DNA of 63,808 nucleotides, the filler included, from Octopus bimaculoides (taxonomy: Eukaryota), in NCBI RefSeq assembly GCF_001194135.2. It is 6 parts of 6 records of this genome, joined end to end, with 100 filler letters (N's around TTAATTAATTAA, not from the genome) between each part and the next. Parts side by side here need not be neighbours in the genome. Positions count along the whole stretch, not along the records: positions 1 to 14,204 come from NC_068981.1; positions 14,305 to 24,293 come from NW_026307096.1; positions 24,394 to 30,382 come from NC_068991.1; 3 more parts are not named here. The stretch is one strand, 5' to 3'. Below are positions 12,790 through 25,206 of the stretch, piece by piece. A model generated the notes under the pieces. It saw only the letters and a list, made by a program, of their open reading frames with translations. It was not told the DNA's origin and made no database searches. The first letter of the stretch is position 1; every line of letters starts with the position of its first letter. A program made the position numbers and the translations under genes.

Positions 12790-14100
12790 TTCAACTGGTT
12801 CAAAAAATTTTGACTCTATCTTCAGGAAGAGTTACCTCAATCTCATTCTTGTTGAGGTTTCTTTTTGATAAATTTATGGTTTTTGAGTTTATATGTTGTG
12901 TGTGGTTAATTAAATTTGGTGTATTATTGGGTCCGGTGTGTGGTTTTGGTATTTTCTCCCTAAAAAAGAAATTGTGTTTCCACGTCTTTGTTGTCTGGTC
13001 TCGGTGTTCTAGTTTCCAGGTAGGTGAGAGGATGGTTCATGTCTTTTATACCAATTCCGTTGATTATAAGTTTTATTTTCTTCCCATCTTTTATGCTTTT
13101 TTCGTCATTCAGGATATTTGGGATTTTTGGTTGTAAATTGTGTTTCTTCAGTTGTCATGATTATTATTCCTATTATAGTATCTGTGCTGTCTGTATTTTA
13201 TTTGTTTTTCTTCCCATGTATTCATCCATCTGGAGTACATGTTATTACGGGTTGTTGGTTGTCTGTATGTTATTTGTCTTTCATGTCTTTTCCTTTTCAT
13301 TTATCCATCTATGGTGTTTGGACTTATGGGTTGATAGTTGTCTTCTATATTTCATTTATTGGCTATTTGCAGTGTTATGTCTTGTTGGATATGGTTTTCT
13401 AGTTTGTACTTGGAGTGAGATGGAGGTCATTTCCGCATATGTTTTTGGGTAATTAGAGGTTTGGTATCTCAGTTTGATTCTTCTGGGGTTAGTGTCTATA
13501 TTTGTTTTCGATTTCTTTGTATTTCTTTGTTGTTGTGGTTTCGTTTTCATAATGGATTTATCTCCATAGTTTTTTTCATAGTTAGTGAACCACTCTTGTT
13601 GTTTTTCCCACATTTTTATGGATTTCTCTTCTTCCCGCTTTGTGTCTTCTTTCCATGGTTTTTGCAGTTTTTCATGATATTGATTGTCGCTTTGCTCAGC
13701 AATTTCAGCAAACATAATTGCATCAATATTCTTCACCTTTTCTTCGTGTCTTACTTTTCGCGATTGTAGAAAAGCGATTTCTGTTTCCAATTGGCATAGA
13801 GCTAAATTCGCATGTATACTTGTCTCTCCCAGTGATTCATTCCTTATTTCTTTAATAAGAAATTTTCTGGGCAGGATTGGACTTTCTGTACTTTGCCAGT
13901 TTTGGTAGGTGTTTGCTATATTGTTGGATCGAATGCTCTTCCAATATTCACGTTTCCTTTGGTTCAGGAGTTTCTTCCAGAGATATGGCTTCAAGGTATT
14001 ATGCTGTTGTATTTCTAAAGATGTGGCTTCAAGTGAGTTTGTTCTTATTTCCTCCTTGTTGTTTGTCTCTGTTGTTGGAGTACCTTCTGTATGGGTATCA
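12790..14100 (-). mobile_element. Penelope-like element, 5' portion (212-aa upstream frame 13356-13994 up to the start of RT)
   Basis: Homologous to 39440-40180 (WEKQQEWFTNYEK vs WVKQQEWLTNYEK; agaaacctcaacaagaatgagat in both), which continues into PLE RT and GIY-YIG. Confidence 0.75.
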
Positions 14101-14102
14101 TT

Positions 14103-14140
<38 letters not shown>

Positions 14141-14204
14141 CATATATTTATATATATATACACATATATATATTTATATATACATATATATTTATACACA
14201 CACA

Positions 14205-14304
14205 NNNNNNNNNNNNNNNNNNNNNNNNNNNNNNNNNNNNNNNNNNNNTTAATTAATTAANNNNNNNNNNNNNNNNNNNNNNNNNNNNNNNNNNNNNNNN
14301 NNNN
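14205..14304. other. Artificial 100-bp scaffold join (44 N + TTAATTAATTAA + 44 N); same linker at 24338, 30427, 48745 and 62480
   Basis: Identical 12-mer centred in N runs five times; it carries stop codons in all six frames. Confidence 0.92.
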
Positions 14305-16668
14305 ACTCATGGTTTAGGAGTTCAGAGAAGTGTTCGATCCAGCGACCTGTGATTTCTGTTGATTTAGTAAACAGCGTGGAAGACTCTTTGGAAAGCAAAG
14401 GAGCTGATGTGGAGCTCTTAGGTCCATAAGCCCGCTTCATAAGATGGTAAAGCTTCTTTCTGTCATTTGCATCAGCAGCAGCCTGAACATCACGAGCAAG
14501 ATCCTCCCACCAAGTGTTCTGCATCTTCCTGAGAGATCGCTGCAGTAGTGATTTTACACTGTTATAGTGGGCAAGTGCTAGACTTCGCTGCACAGTAGAC
14601 AGTTCTCTGTGTAGCAATACACTGTGACCATGGCGCTTTACCACCAATAGTTGGTGAACTTCAGCATCATTCTCGTCAAACCAGTCTCTGTATCTGGCAG
14701 TAACATATCCCAGGCTTTCGGCTGCACATTGTAGAACGTGGTCTCGAAATTCCTCCCATGCTGCAGCAGTTTCAATGCTGGACAAGCGAGTCTGAAGTTC
14801 TTTCCTAACCACGTCATATACCTTGTGGATATTTAGACGGCGAGGAATGCTGACTGGTCCTCATCTCTCTTTTACTCTAATTACCATTCGGAACTTTGCT
14901 CGCACCAGACTGTGGTCTGTCCAGCATTCCGATCCATGGAAGGACTTGACATTACAAATGTCATAAATGTCGCGCTTGCGGATAATGACATAATCCAGCA
15001 AGTGCCAAACTCTGGACCTTGGGTACATCCATGTTGTTGTGTGATCACCTTTGTCCATAAAATGAGTGCTTGCTATGTAAAGTCCATGTTCTTCGCAAAG
15101 CTCCAATAGCATGAGACCATTGCTATTCATTTTCCCTACTCCAAAACGTCCTAGAGAGTTCCATGTTTGCTAGTCAGTTCCAACTCTGGCATTAAAATCC
15201 CCTAGTAGAATGACTTTATCAGAATTGGGGATTTTTCTAAGTATGGCTCTCAGCTGGGTATAAAAGATTGTTTTATCTTTATCACAGCTAGTCAAAGTAG
15301 GTGCATAGGCACTTATTAGAGTAGCAAACCGCTTACCTTTCAAGTACAACCGTAGCGTCATTATACGTTCATTTATAGGAACAGGGAGCTCTTCCAACTT
15401 CTTAAGGATATCAGATTGGACTGCAAAACCAACACCAGCCNNNNNNNNNNNNNNNNNNNNNNNNNNNNNNNNNNNNNNNNNNNNNNNNNNNNNNNNNNNN
15501 NNNNNNNNNNNNNNNNNNNNNNNNNNNNNNNNNNNNNNNNNNNNNNNNNNNNNNNNNNNNNNNNNNNNNNNNNNNNNNNNNNNNNNNNNNNNNNNNNNNN
15601 NNNNNNNNNNNNNNNNNNNNNNNNNNNNNNNNNNNNNNNNNNNNNNNNNNNNNNNNNNNNNNNNNNNNNNNNNNNNNNNNNNNNNNNNNNNNNNNNNNNN
15701 NNNNNNNNNNNNNNNNNNNNNNNNNNNNNNNNNNNNNNNNNNNNNNNNNNNNNNNNNNNNNNNNNNNNNNNNNNNNNNNNNNNNNNNNNNNNNNNNNNNN
15801 NNNNNNNNNNNNNNNNNNNNNNNNNNNNNNNNNNNNNNNNNNNNNNNNNNNNNNNNNNNNNNNNNNNNNNNNNNNNNNNNNNNNNNNNNNNNNNNNNNNN
15901 NNNNNNNNNNNNNNNNNNNNNNNNNNNNNNNNNNNNNNNNNNNNNNNNNNCAGGTCGCTGACTACATGCTTCCAACCCGTCAGATCTGCATGCTTCACCA
16001 CCTTCCCATTGCTGCAGGACTTCCGAATAAAAAAATATATATAAAAATAAAAATATATACTAAAAATGAAGAAAATATATACTAAAAATAATATAAATAT
16101 ATATAGGAAAAAAAACGCACATGTCGAGCAGAGGTCGGCAATGCCTGTGCTGAGTTTTAGGTCCAATGAGGCTTGCACAACGCCTCATAAACCCTCTCCA
16201 CTTTATTGACATTATCCAGAGACAAGCCGGAGCAAGATGTCTGGTGCCAATATAAGTCGCAGGCTCAGGGATGTGGGAGCGCCGTGATCTCTAGCACAAA
16301 CCAAAGATCCCCAAAATGTTCAAGCCATTCCCTGCATATTTGGTTTTATATCAGAGTGACTTTCTCCTAGAGACATGCTTCAACAAAAGTCGAGGGGCGC
16401 CTCACTCCCAGTGGTCTTTCAGCACGCCGGACACCATCCCGGAATTTCTGCGTACCCATGCTATTACTAGATAGCCGTTGAGCCTGCACTAGTTTCATCC
16501 GAGCTTTCAACAGGTCTTGTTTTTAATCCTGCTGGGTTTCTAACAACCCTCCTCACCAGGGTAGCCTGGTGGGGGTGCCAGTTTAGTCGCCGGCAACCCA
16601 ACCATACAACAGGTTGTACTGGATTACATGTTACCAGTAGCACTTATGAGAGCCTCATACGTGACCTG
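14305..16668 (-). mobile_element. RTE-clade (BovB-like) LINE: 5'UTR, APE endonuclease and linker; 3' part lost at gap
   Basis: NERIMTLRL..FATLISAYAPTL, ILLGDFNARVG, NSNGLMLLELC, WHLLDYVIIR, CWTDHSLV, DWFDEND. Frameshifted. 5' end abuts (ATGT)n at 16669. Confidence 0.9.
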
Positions 16669-16765
16669 ACATACATACATACATACATACATGCATATAA
16701 TTTTTTTTTTCAGAATGAGATAAAAAAACCCAAGGCTGTGAAGATTTTAGAACATTTATGAATAG

Positions 16766-16813
16766 GTCTTACAGCTGTTTCCAGGATATTTATTATATCC
16801 CTTCATCGGAGAC
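16766..16813 (-). ncRNA. Minimal type-I hammerhead-like motif (variant core)
   Basis: gtct-CCGATGA-agggata[taataaa]tatcctg-GAAA-c[agct]g-TA-agac. Stem I 4 bp, palindromic stem III; U4 is C and the first stem II pair is mismatched. Confidence 0.55.
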
Positions 16814-17785
16814 GGTGTGAGAAAATGGTTAAGCAATAGTTACTTTAGGTATTATACGAAATAGAGTGAAGTGGAGCAATGAAAATAGATGTGAGATATG
16901 CAGGGATATTGCATTTGTAGATCCATTATTTAGGCGGGATCGTATACATATATGATTCCATACATTGTGAGTAAAATCCAATAGTATTTAAAATTGGTCA
17001 TTCCAAGTATAAAGTTTGTACACAGTACTGTTGAATCAAGGGTTTTATTTAAAGTGACCTAAAAGTAGGGAATGTATTTGTAAGGTCAAATCGAAAACAG
17101 GGAAAGAAGAATAAAGAAAAGAGAAAGAAAAAAGAGAAGAAAAACACAGGAAGAGAGGAATAAAGGAAAGAAAAATGGAAAAGAAAAACGAGGAGAGAGA
17201 TAATAAGGGAAAGTGTACGAATTAGTGGTCAGTCTAGATAATTTGAAAGTAGGAATGGGGAGATAAGGGTGGTAGAGAGAGAAAGGTATTAGAGTGTAAA
17301 AAGATAGAAGGAATGGGGGTGATAGAGGGAGAGTGGTATAATAATGTAAAAGGTAAAGGAGTGTCAGTTATGTAGTGATAGAGTCTAAATGCTGGGGCAG
17401 AGAGAGGTGTAATAGTATGGAATGAAGAATTTAGGAATATAGATTAGGTGGTTGGACAGGTCGCAATTTCCTATTTCACTTAACCGGTTATTGAAAAGAC
17501 CGTTAGTTGAAAGGACCAATGAAACAAAACCATTTTCAAATGTCTATCTATCAAAGTAATTGTAGTTCTGCATATAACTTTATCTTGCGCCATTCTAACC
17601 CAAACTGTCCGATGAACAGGAACGTGGAACTGTTACTAACAGTTCTTGTGATATTTTTGCTGCTTTTTAATAAAGTGTGTGTATATATACAGTAAGTTTT
17701 AACTATTTTTCTAACGCGACTATCTCTATATCTATCTCCCCCTCTCATTCTTCCCTCTACTGTTCTTCGCCTCTCCCTGTCACTA

Positions 17786-17828
<43 letters not shown>

Positions 17829-19851
17829 GCTGCTCGTCCTTCGCCTCTCACTGTTACTACTACTATCTCTCTCCCTCTCTACCTCTCGTTGCTCATTTCC
17901 GTTCTTGGAATCCTCAAGCTTGCACGTACTTCTTTGCTCCTCCAGTTCGTGTCTCACAGCGTTCAATACATACACATTTCACGTCTGGCTGTACAGCCTT
18001 TTTGTTTGTTTATTTCACCGTTTCGTTTTCCTGTTTTGTTTTCCGTCCGCCACTACCCTCCACGAAAACAATTTAATTTGTGTTCGTGGGAAGAACCATT
18101 TTAACGATGCGTACTGCCTTAATTCTTCGAAACGCCGGGGTTTTAATGGTGGCAGCTGATGAAGGGGATGTTTCTATGTGGCCTGCTTGCATGTTGCACC
18201 TTGTTTACCGTTTTGTCCATGTTCTTTTGCCACGTCATGTACCCAGTTATGTATCTATATGTNNNNNNNNNNNNNNNNNNNNNNNNNNNNNNNNNNNNNN
18301 NNNNNNNNNNNNNNNNNNNNNNNNNNNNNNNNNNNNNNNNNNNNNNNNNNNNNNNNNNNNNNNNNNNNNNNNNNNNNNNNNNNNNNNNNNNNNNNNNNNN
18401 NNNNNNNNNNNNNNNNNNNNNNNNNNNNNNNNNNNNNNNNNNNNNNNNNNNNNNNNNNNNNNNNNNNNNNNNNNNNNNNNNNNNNNNNNNNNNNNNNNNN
18501 NNNNNNNNNNNNNNNNNNNNNNNNNNNNNNNNNNNNNNNNNNNNNNNNNNNNNNNNNNNNNNNNNNNNNNNNNNNNNNNNNNNTGAGAGAGTGGGGCGTT
18601 CCGTAATCTAAACAGATTTTCGAAATTGTGAACTTCAAAGTGGGAATTGCTATTTTTGCAATCTTTTTGTCCTGTTTGTTCTGCCATTAAAAAGCAACCA
18701 ATTGCTTAGACAGCCGGCACATACCATTTCACTAGCAACAAGGCGAGTACAGGATGATAATCAGCCAAGACCGTCGCTATGCTGTCTCTCTTCTTTCTTC
18801 TCTCTGTTTCTCTGTCTCTCTTATAATGTCCGATTCCACATGAAGTTGTATATATATTGTGTTAAGATTCGTTATCAATCAATTATCCTTACTGAGAAGA
18901 ACTAGAGAAAAGTAACGACCAAATACAATCACTGAACATCTCCACTACTTAACACCGTCTAAGTTAACCCTCTTCACCATTACAACTGACATAAAAAACT
19001 GCAAGTTAAAGGGCAACCATTTTAATTAAGCAAAAAAGGAGAAAAAGTTTATAGCTATTTAAACGCTTAAAATGTTGGAGCTAATAATCTTATTCTTTAG
19101 TTACAGTTTATCATTCAAACTACATAATAGGCAGAATTGTCGGATTAATACAGTAGGATTTTTTAGGGAGATTTGGCTACTATTTCTACCAGGTCTAGCT
19201 ACGTCTACCTACTATGTGGAGGTCCCCCTCACTGGCTTATACATTCATATATACATAAACTCGAAATAATATACTTAAAGTAACAGGCTTCAAGCCAAGG
19301 TCCATGCAGTGTCATGCGCCCAAGAAAATTTCCAACTTCTTGCCTAATGCAAGCCCAAAGCAATCTCTTATCTCTTACACTATTTCAGTATTACGTCTCT
19401 ATTGTAATGTGAGATAATACTTTCAGTTTGAAAGAAGTCTGTTCTATACACATATATATATTCCAGGTTATAATTATTTCTATACCAACAATTTAAAGGC
19501 ATGTTAAAGAGAATTTATTTTAATATCATGAATTGTCTGTGTAAGGAACCAAAAAAAAAAAAAAGGAAAAAAGTTGCAAGTTTTGTAAATAAGGGCAGGG
19601 TAAGGTTGAGAAAATTTGCAGCGTGTAAGATGTTTGTAAGTAATTGCAGAACAACAAAAGCCGTTACTGTCACTGCAAAATTTAAATTTCGTTTGTGTCT
19701 AAATATTTTCATTCTTTGAAACCATGGCAAACTCCTGACAAAAACTTGTACTGCATCTCTTTTGTTAGTAAACAAGTCTCGGTTTCAAAGCAACGAAAAT
19801 ATCGACATTGAAATGAGATTTAAATGTTGCAGTGAAACAACCATTTCTCTT

Positions 19852-19885
<34 letters not shown>

Positions 19886-20595
19886 CGTGTTCTTGATATT
19901 CGTACAGAGCAAGTTGTTTTACATCTATTACACTATTTTTCTTTTGTTTCTTGGCTTCGGTGAGGCGTCACAGAACATTCACATCGTGGATGTTCCGAGT
20001 CCTCTCCCCACCTCCCGTTCGCGAGCGCGCATTTTTTTTCATATTCGTTCACAAGTTGTTTTACACCTATTACACTAATTTTTGTTTTTTTTTTGTTTTT
20101 GAGCTCGGATCAAATGCTTTAGTTTAACCGAACCTTCTATGATTCAGTGGTATTGCTAAAAGGGACATAAATCTGCCATTCTTGGAAGTTTTCTAGAATA
20201 TTTGCCAAGGGAGGTCCCTCACTTCCAGCGAACTGTAAATAATACAATGACAGAATTTGTTTCAATTTAAGTCACATCTACAGTACTCCCCTTGCAGAAC
20301 CGGAACGGTCGATAAGGAAAGAACTGTAGGTTGAAGCAGAGGAGTAAACCAAGGCACAGAAAGCGACAAGACATATAAAAGAATGTGTGCAAACACGGAA
20401 CAAGGCAAAGCAGGAAGAAGGTTAAAGCATGTAAACAACGCATGTGAGAATACAAAAGCATGTAACCAAGAATGCAAAACAAACATAAGAAAAGTCTGTT
20501 TAAATGCACAGTTTGTTAACTAAAGACAGCTTGTAAAAAAAGTAAGCAGTTCCTGGACAGTTTTGGGGGCCAATGCACAGTTCTGCCACTGTGTT

Positions 20596-21590
20596 TTACA
20601 TAGGACACAGAAGATATGGAGGTGTTTGCACTGGTTGTTGTGTAGTATGTGGTGAAGTGTATGTGGGAGGCTTCGAGGTGTGTGCATCGGAAAATGCCAT
20701 CTTCAGTCTGTCTACCGAAACAGTTTCTTTCTTACCATTAAAGTCAATAGTGAAAAGCTTGTCTGTGTGTTGAAGGACTCCATAAGGTCCTGTATATGAT
20801 GGTGTGAGAGGGCCTCTCACAAAGTCATTTCGTAAAAATACGTGGGTCCACGGAACAATGTCCTTCGGAACGGCGGATTTTATGGTTTGCAAGCGAGTGT
20901 TCATCGGAGACAGATCCGAGAAGTATGACCGCAAACGGTTGACGCATACAGAACGATTCTGAGTAGCTGTATCCGTTGGTGCCAACATCTGATCGAGCAA
21001 TGATAAGAGTACTCCTTACAGCAGTTCAGCGGGGAAAATAGCCCAGATCCGTTTTAACGCCGGATCGACAGCCTAATAGAACAATTAGGAGATACTCAGT
21101 CCATCTTTGAGAATCTGGTGATGCACGAAAGGCTGCTTTCAGCTGACGGTGGAACCGCTCAACCAATAGGTGTGACAGTTCACGGAAAACATGAGACTCA
21201 CACTGCCGACCGCAGTCGGTAGTGATCCTTGAGGGAACGCCAAGGCGAGATATCCATCCTGAGATTAAAGCACGAGTTACCGATTCAGCAGAAATGTCGA
21301 CTAAAGGGATTGCCACAAGCCAACGAGAGAACCAACCAATGCAGGTAAGGATATAAGTGTATCCGCAACTGCTGGGCCAAGGACCAACTAGGTCGGTGTG
21401 GATATGGCGGAAACGTGTGTCAGGTTGGTCGAATCTTTCCAACGGAACACAAATATGTCGGTGGACCTTGGGACGTTGACACTGAAGACAGGAATGAGCC
21501 CAAGCGTAATACGCCGGCGTATGTCTGGCCAGAAGAAACGAGCTGTAATAAGCTTGACCGAGGATGCAACACCTGGATGAAATAAAGAAT
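20596..21590 (-). pseudogene. Gypsy integrase (Zn-binding, core, C-terminal), disrupted
   Basis: HSLFHPGV..LITARFFWP; CQRPKVHRH; FRHIHTDLVGPWP; ITTDCGRQ; VERFHRQLKAA; PSYTGPY; VSVDRLK. Confidence 0.9.
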
Positions 21591-22008
21591 GTTTTCTACT
21601 GTTGAGGCTAGAATCGATTACACATTGGACGGTAGCCTAGAGAAGAATAACTGTTTTACAAAGGAACTTTCTTCCGTGGAACCATCAGCCAACTCATGGA
21701 TACGGCGCAAAAATTCCGTTGGGGACCTGTCACCAAGATGTTCGTCTTACAGGAGCGTTCGGAAGCGGCTTCCGGAGGATTTGGAATTTTGACGAAGAAC
21801 TTTCGCCTTTATAGATGCGTAGGAGGCATCAGGTGGAGTGTCCACGATGAGGTCCTTTATAGAGAGTGCGAGCACAGAAGGAATGCCACTAATTACAATG
21901 TAAGCTTTTGCTGGACCGATTGAATGTTGTTTGCCATGAAATAAGACTCGAGTTGAGCGAACCACATGTGAGCATCACCGTGATAGCGGGTAGTGTTGTG
22001 TGACTCAT
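21590..22008 (-). pseudogene. Gypsy gag N-terminal region, disrupted
   Basis: DAHMWFAQLESYF; DLIVDTPPDASYASIKAKVL; HLGDRSPTEFLRRI; KQLFFSRLPSNV. Confidence 0.8.
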
Positions 22009-22989
22009 CTTCCGAAGAAAAAATATATGGAACCCACGTGTAAGAGGAACACGAGCCGATCAAAACCAATCCAGAAAATGTGATGGGGAAGAAAGTTCCA
22101 CAAGGTAGCGAGTATCCAGGAATTGTATCTACCAGTGAGAACGTGAGAATTTCAAACGACGAAGAAAGAATACTTGATGTCGACTTGAATAAACTTGGTT
22201 GCTCTTCACAATGACGATGCGTCTAGGTCGAAGTTCGGCAAACATCCAGACAGTTAGAGGGTACAAAAGGGGACAAGAAAAAACAAGGACGGGTCATTCT
22301 TTCCTCAGTCGTGTTCCAGATTATCTTTGCAATTTCGGCTGGTTATACTCGAGATTGCTCCGATCTTGCCAGCCCCGAGGAAAAACTAAGCTAAGAGCAC
22401 TAGATTCCTTGGAAGAAAGCAGCGAATGTATACGAAAACAAGGACAGGGGAAAAAACCGAGAAATGGTACACAAATATAAATGCAAATAACAGGACATTA
22501 ACAATAGGTGACTTTCGACTAAGGACGAATTAAAATACATATATACATACATACACACNNNNNNNNNNATATATTTATTTATTTATGGGTTTCAGCCAGG
22601 TGGCTGTGGTCATGCTGGAGCACCACCGTGACTTTCCGTCTTTATGCTGTGCTCTCTTCACGTTCCTTGCATGGCTCTTCTCCACCTGATATAGTCCAAT
22701 CAAGAGTTTTTATGGCACATCTGGTGTATAAGAGAATTTGACATCGCTGTCCTAAACTGTGTCTTATTTTGAGCCATTGGTTCGTCTGGTGTCATGAAGA
22801 GGACTAAACTCCACTTGCGAAGACCTGCTGAGGCAAGTGAAATCGAAATCGAGTTAAATTCGACGACTGGCACCCATGCCAACGTTGTCTCCTTCATTGG
22901 ACACGAAACTCAGCTTGCGAAGACTTATTGGGGAAAGCGAAATCGTGAAGGCACCTGTGCCCAGCGTCGTCTTTCTGGCACTTGTACCC

Positions 22990-23263
22990 GCAGCATGTGT
23001 AAGGACCTTCTTCGAGAGATCATTGCCAGTGCCCCTGGACTGGCTCTTGTGCGGGTGGCACATAAAATACACCATTTTGAGCATGGACGTTGCCAGTACC
23101 GCCTGACTGGCCTTCGTGCCAGTGGCACGTAAAAGCACCCACTACACTCTCTGAGTGGTTGGTGTTAGGAAGGGCATCCAGCTGTAGAAACTCTGCCAAT
23201 TGGAAATATGCTGTGCGTGAGAAGACCCGGCAAGCCAAGTGAGACCTAAATCTAAGGCCTCAG
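22990..23263 (+). mobile_element. Family D element
   Basis: gtgcgggtggcacataaaa-acacc...aaaagcacccactacactctctgagtggttgg matches 48600-48700 in reverse. Confidence 0.75.
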
Positions 23264-23882
23264 NNNNNNNNNNNNNNNNNNNNNNNNNNNNNNNNNNNNN
23301 NNNNNNNNNNNNNNNNNNNNNNNNNNNNNNNNNNNNNNNNNNNNNNNNNNNNNNNNNNNNNNNNNNNNNNNNNNNNNNNNNNNNNNNNNNNNNNNNNNNN
23401 NNNNNNNNNNNNNNNNNNNNNNNNNNNNNNNNNNNNNNNNNNNNNNNNNNNNNNNNNNNNNNNNNNNNNNNNNNNNNNNNNNNNNNNNNNNNNNNNNNNN
23501 NNNNNNNNNNNNNNNNNNNNNNNNNNNNNNNNNNNNNNNNNNNNNNNNNNNNNNNNNNNNNNNNNNNNNNNNNNNNNNNNNNNNNNNNNNNNNNNNNNNN
23601 NNNNNNNNNNNNNNNNNNNNNNNNNNNNNNNNNNNNNNNNNNNNNNNNNNNNNNNNNNNNNNNNNNNNNNNNNNNNNNNNNNNNNNNNTATATATATATA
23701 TATATATATATATTAATAGTTAAAGCCAAGCCAACATGGCCGTTCCCCAAAAATTGGGCGAATGCTGCCGTTGATTAGCTTCAAGAGGCCATTGCCTCTA
23801 GCTAGCTATGTGACACACAAATCTGTGTTCATTATAACCTTCGAACAGGAGAGGTCAGCCGCTTCCTCTTGCTGGTCTGGCA

Positions 23883-23924
23883 TCTACAGACTAGTTTCGA
23901 GGTATTGCCTCCTATCAATGTAGA
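23883..23924 (-). ncRNA. Minimal type-I hammerhead motif with U3-A8 core
   Basis: tctaca-TTGATAG-gagg[caata]cctc-GAAA-ctag-TC-tgtaga. Perfect 6-bp stem I, 4-bp stem II, palindromic stem III, GUC cleavage triplet. Confidence 0.7.
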
Positions 23925-24667
23925 GCAGCTGAACCCAACAGATGTAACTTTATAAATATAAGGGCAAAAATTATTAAATAATTATTTACCAGTGTCTAGC
24001 ATGCGTAATATGAATCAAAAGACAATTATTTAATCATTTTTACCCTTACATTTATAAATTTGAATATTTGAATTCTTCCGCCAGATGTATACGTTTGAAT
24101 TTATTCGCTGCTATATTACTCTGGTGTCGCACGTTGATTTGAGGGCATTCTGAGGTGAATCCATGATGTATAAACATGCAACTGAGTGCGTATGTTTTAG
24201 TTTGTGTTTGCGGTACATATTGCAGTTTTATGTTTATGCATTTAATTAACAACCTTACTGATGAGCTACGGATGATTAAATAGTCAATTAACTNNNNNNN
24301 NNNNNNNNNNNNNNNNNNNNNNNNNNNNNNNNNNNNNTTAATTAATTAANNNNNNNNNNNNNNNNNNNNNNNNNNNNNNNNNNNNNNNNNNNNAAACTAA
24401 AATTTTAATCACGGTTTATTTGAGATAACGATTCGCTCTTCTGATTATTGGCGTTAGCGCTGTTTCTGTTGGTGTTGTTGTTGTTGCTGATGATGACGAT
24501 GACAACGACGACGACGACGATGATGAGGAGGAGGGGGAAGAGGATGTTGGGAGGCATGTTATTGCTCTCCTGTCTCTTTCATGTAAAGCCTGGCACGTTA
24601 AAAGTGAAACTAGTCTTGTTAATTATGCGTGCATGTATGTCTTAGTGCGTGCGCGTGTGTGTCTGCA

Positions 24668-24700
<33 letters not shown>

Positions 24701-24703
<3 letters not shown>

Positions 24704-25165
24704 GTCGGCCTGAGGCTATAGTAGAAGACACGTGACCAAGGTGTCGGGCGGAGGGACTGAACCCGGAACCGTGTCGTTGATAGGCAAGCTTCTTATAACT
24801 CAATGGTGAACTCAATATACGTAAGGTTCTACGTAGAACACATTTATGGTTACTTAATTTGCATAGGCGTAGGAGTGGCTGTGTGGTAAGTAGCTTGCTT
24901 ACCAACCACATGGTTCTGGGTTCAGTCCCACTGCGTGGCCCCTTGGGCAAGTGTCTTCTACTATAGCCTCGGGCCGACCAAAGCCTTGTGGGTGGATTTG
25001 GTCGGCGGAAACTGAAAGAAGCTCGTCGTATATATGTATANNNNNNNNNNNNNNNNNNNNNNNNNNNNNNNNNNNNNNNNNNNNNNNNNNNNNNNNNNNN
25101 NNNNNNNNNNNNNNNNNNNNNNNNNNNNNNNNNNNNNNNNNNNNNNNNNNNNNNNNNNNNNNNNN

Positions 25166-25206
<41 letters not shown>

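Larger units (their letters stand above)
19890..22135 (-). mobile_element. Gypsy LTR retrotransposon remnant (gag + integrase, PPT, putative 3' LTR)
   Basis: gag and integrase motifs listed below; PPT aaggggagtac (20293-20283) followed by TGTAG. The distal LTR boundary is a guess. Confidence 0.85.

Noticed and set aside
16530-16668. HDV-like ribozyme at the RTE 5' end
   Set aside because: Candidate P1 (ggttgcc/ggctacc), P3 (tgg/cca) and P4 can be drawn, but no P2 partner follows a catalytic C, and a competing 7-bp hairpin (caccagg/cctggtg) exists. An RNArobo HDV descriptor search would settle it.
22135-22560. 5' LTR of the Gypsy element
   Set aside because: No similarity to the sequence following the PPT at 20282; no LTR pair or TSD can be shown.
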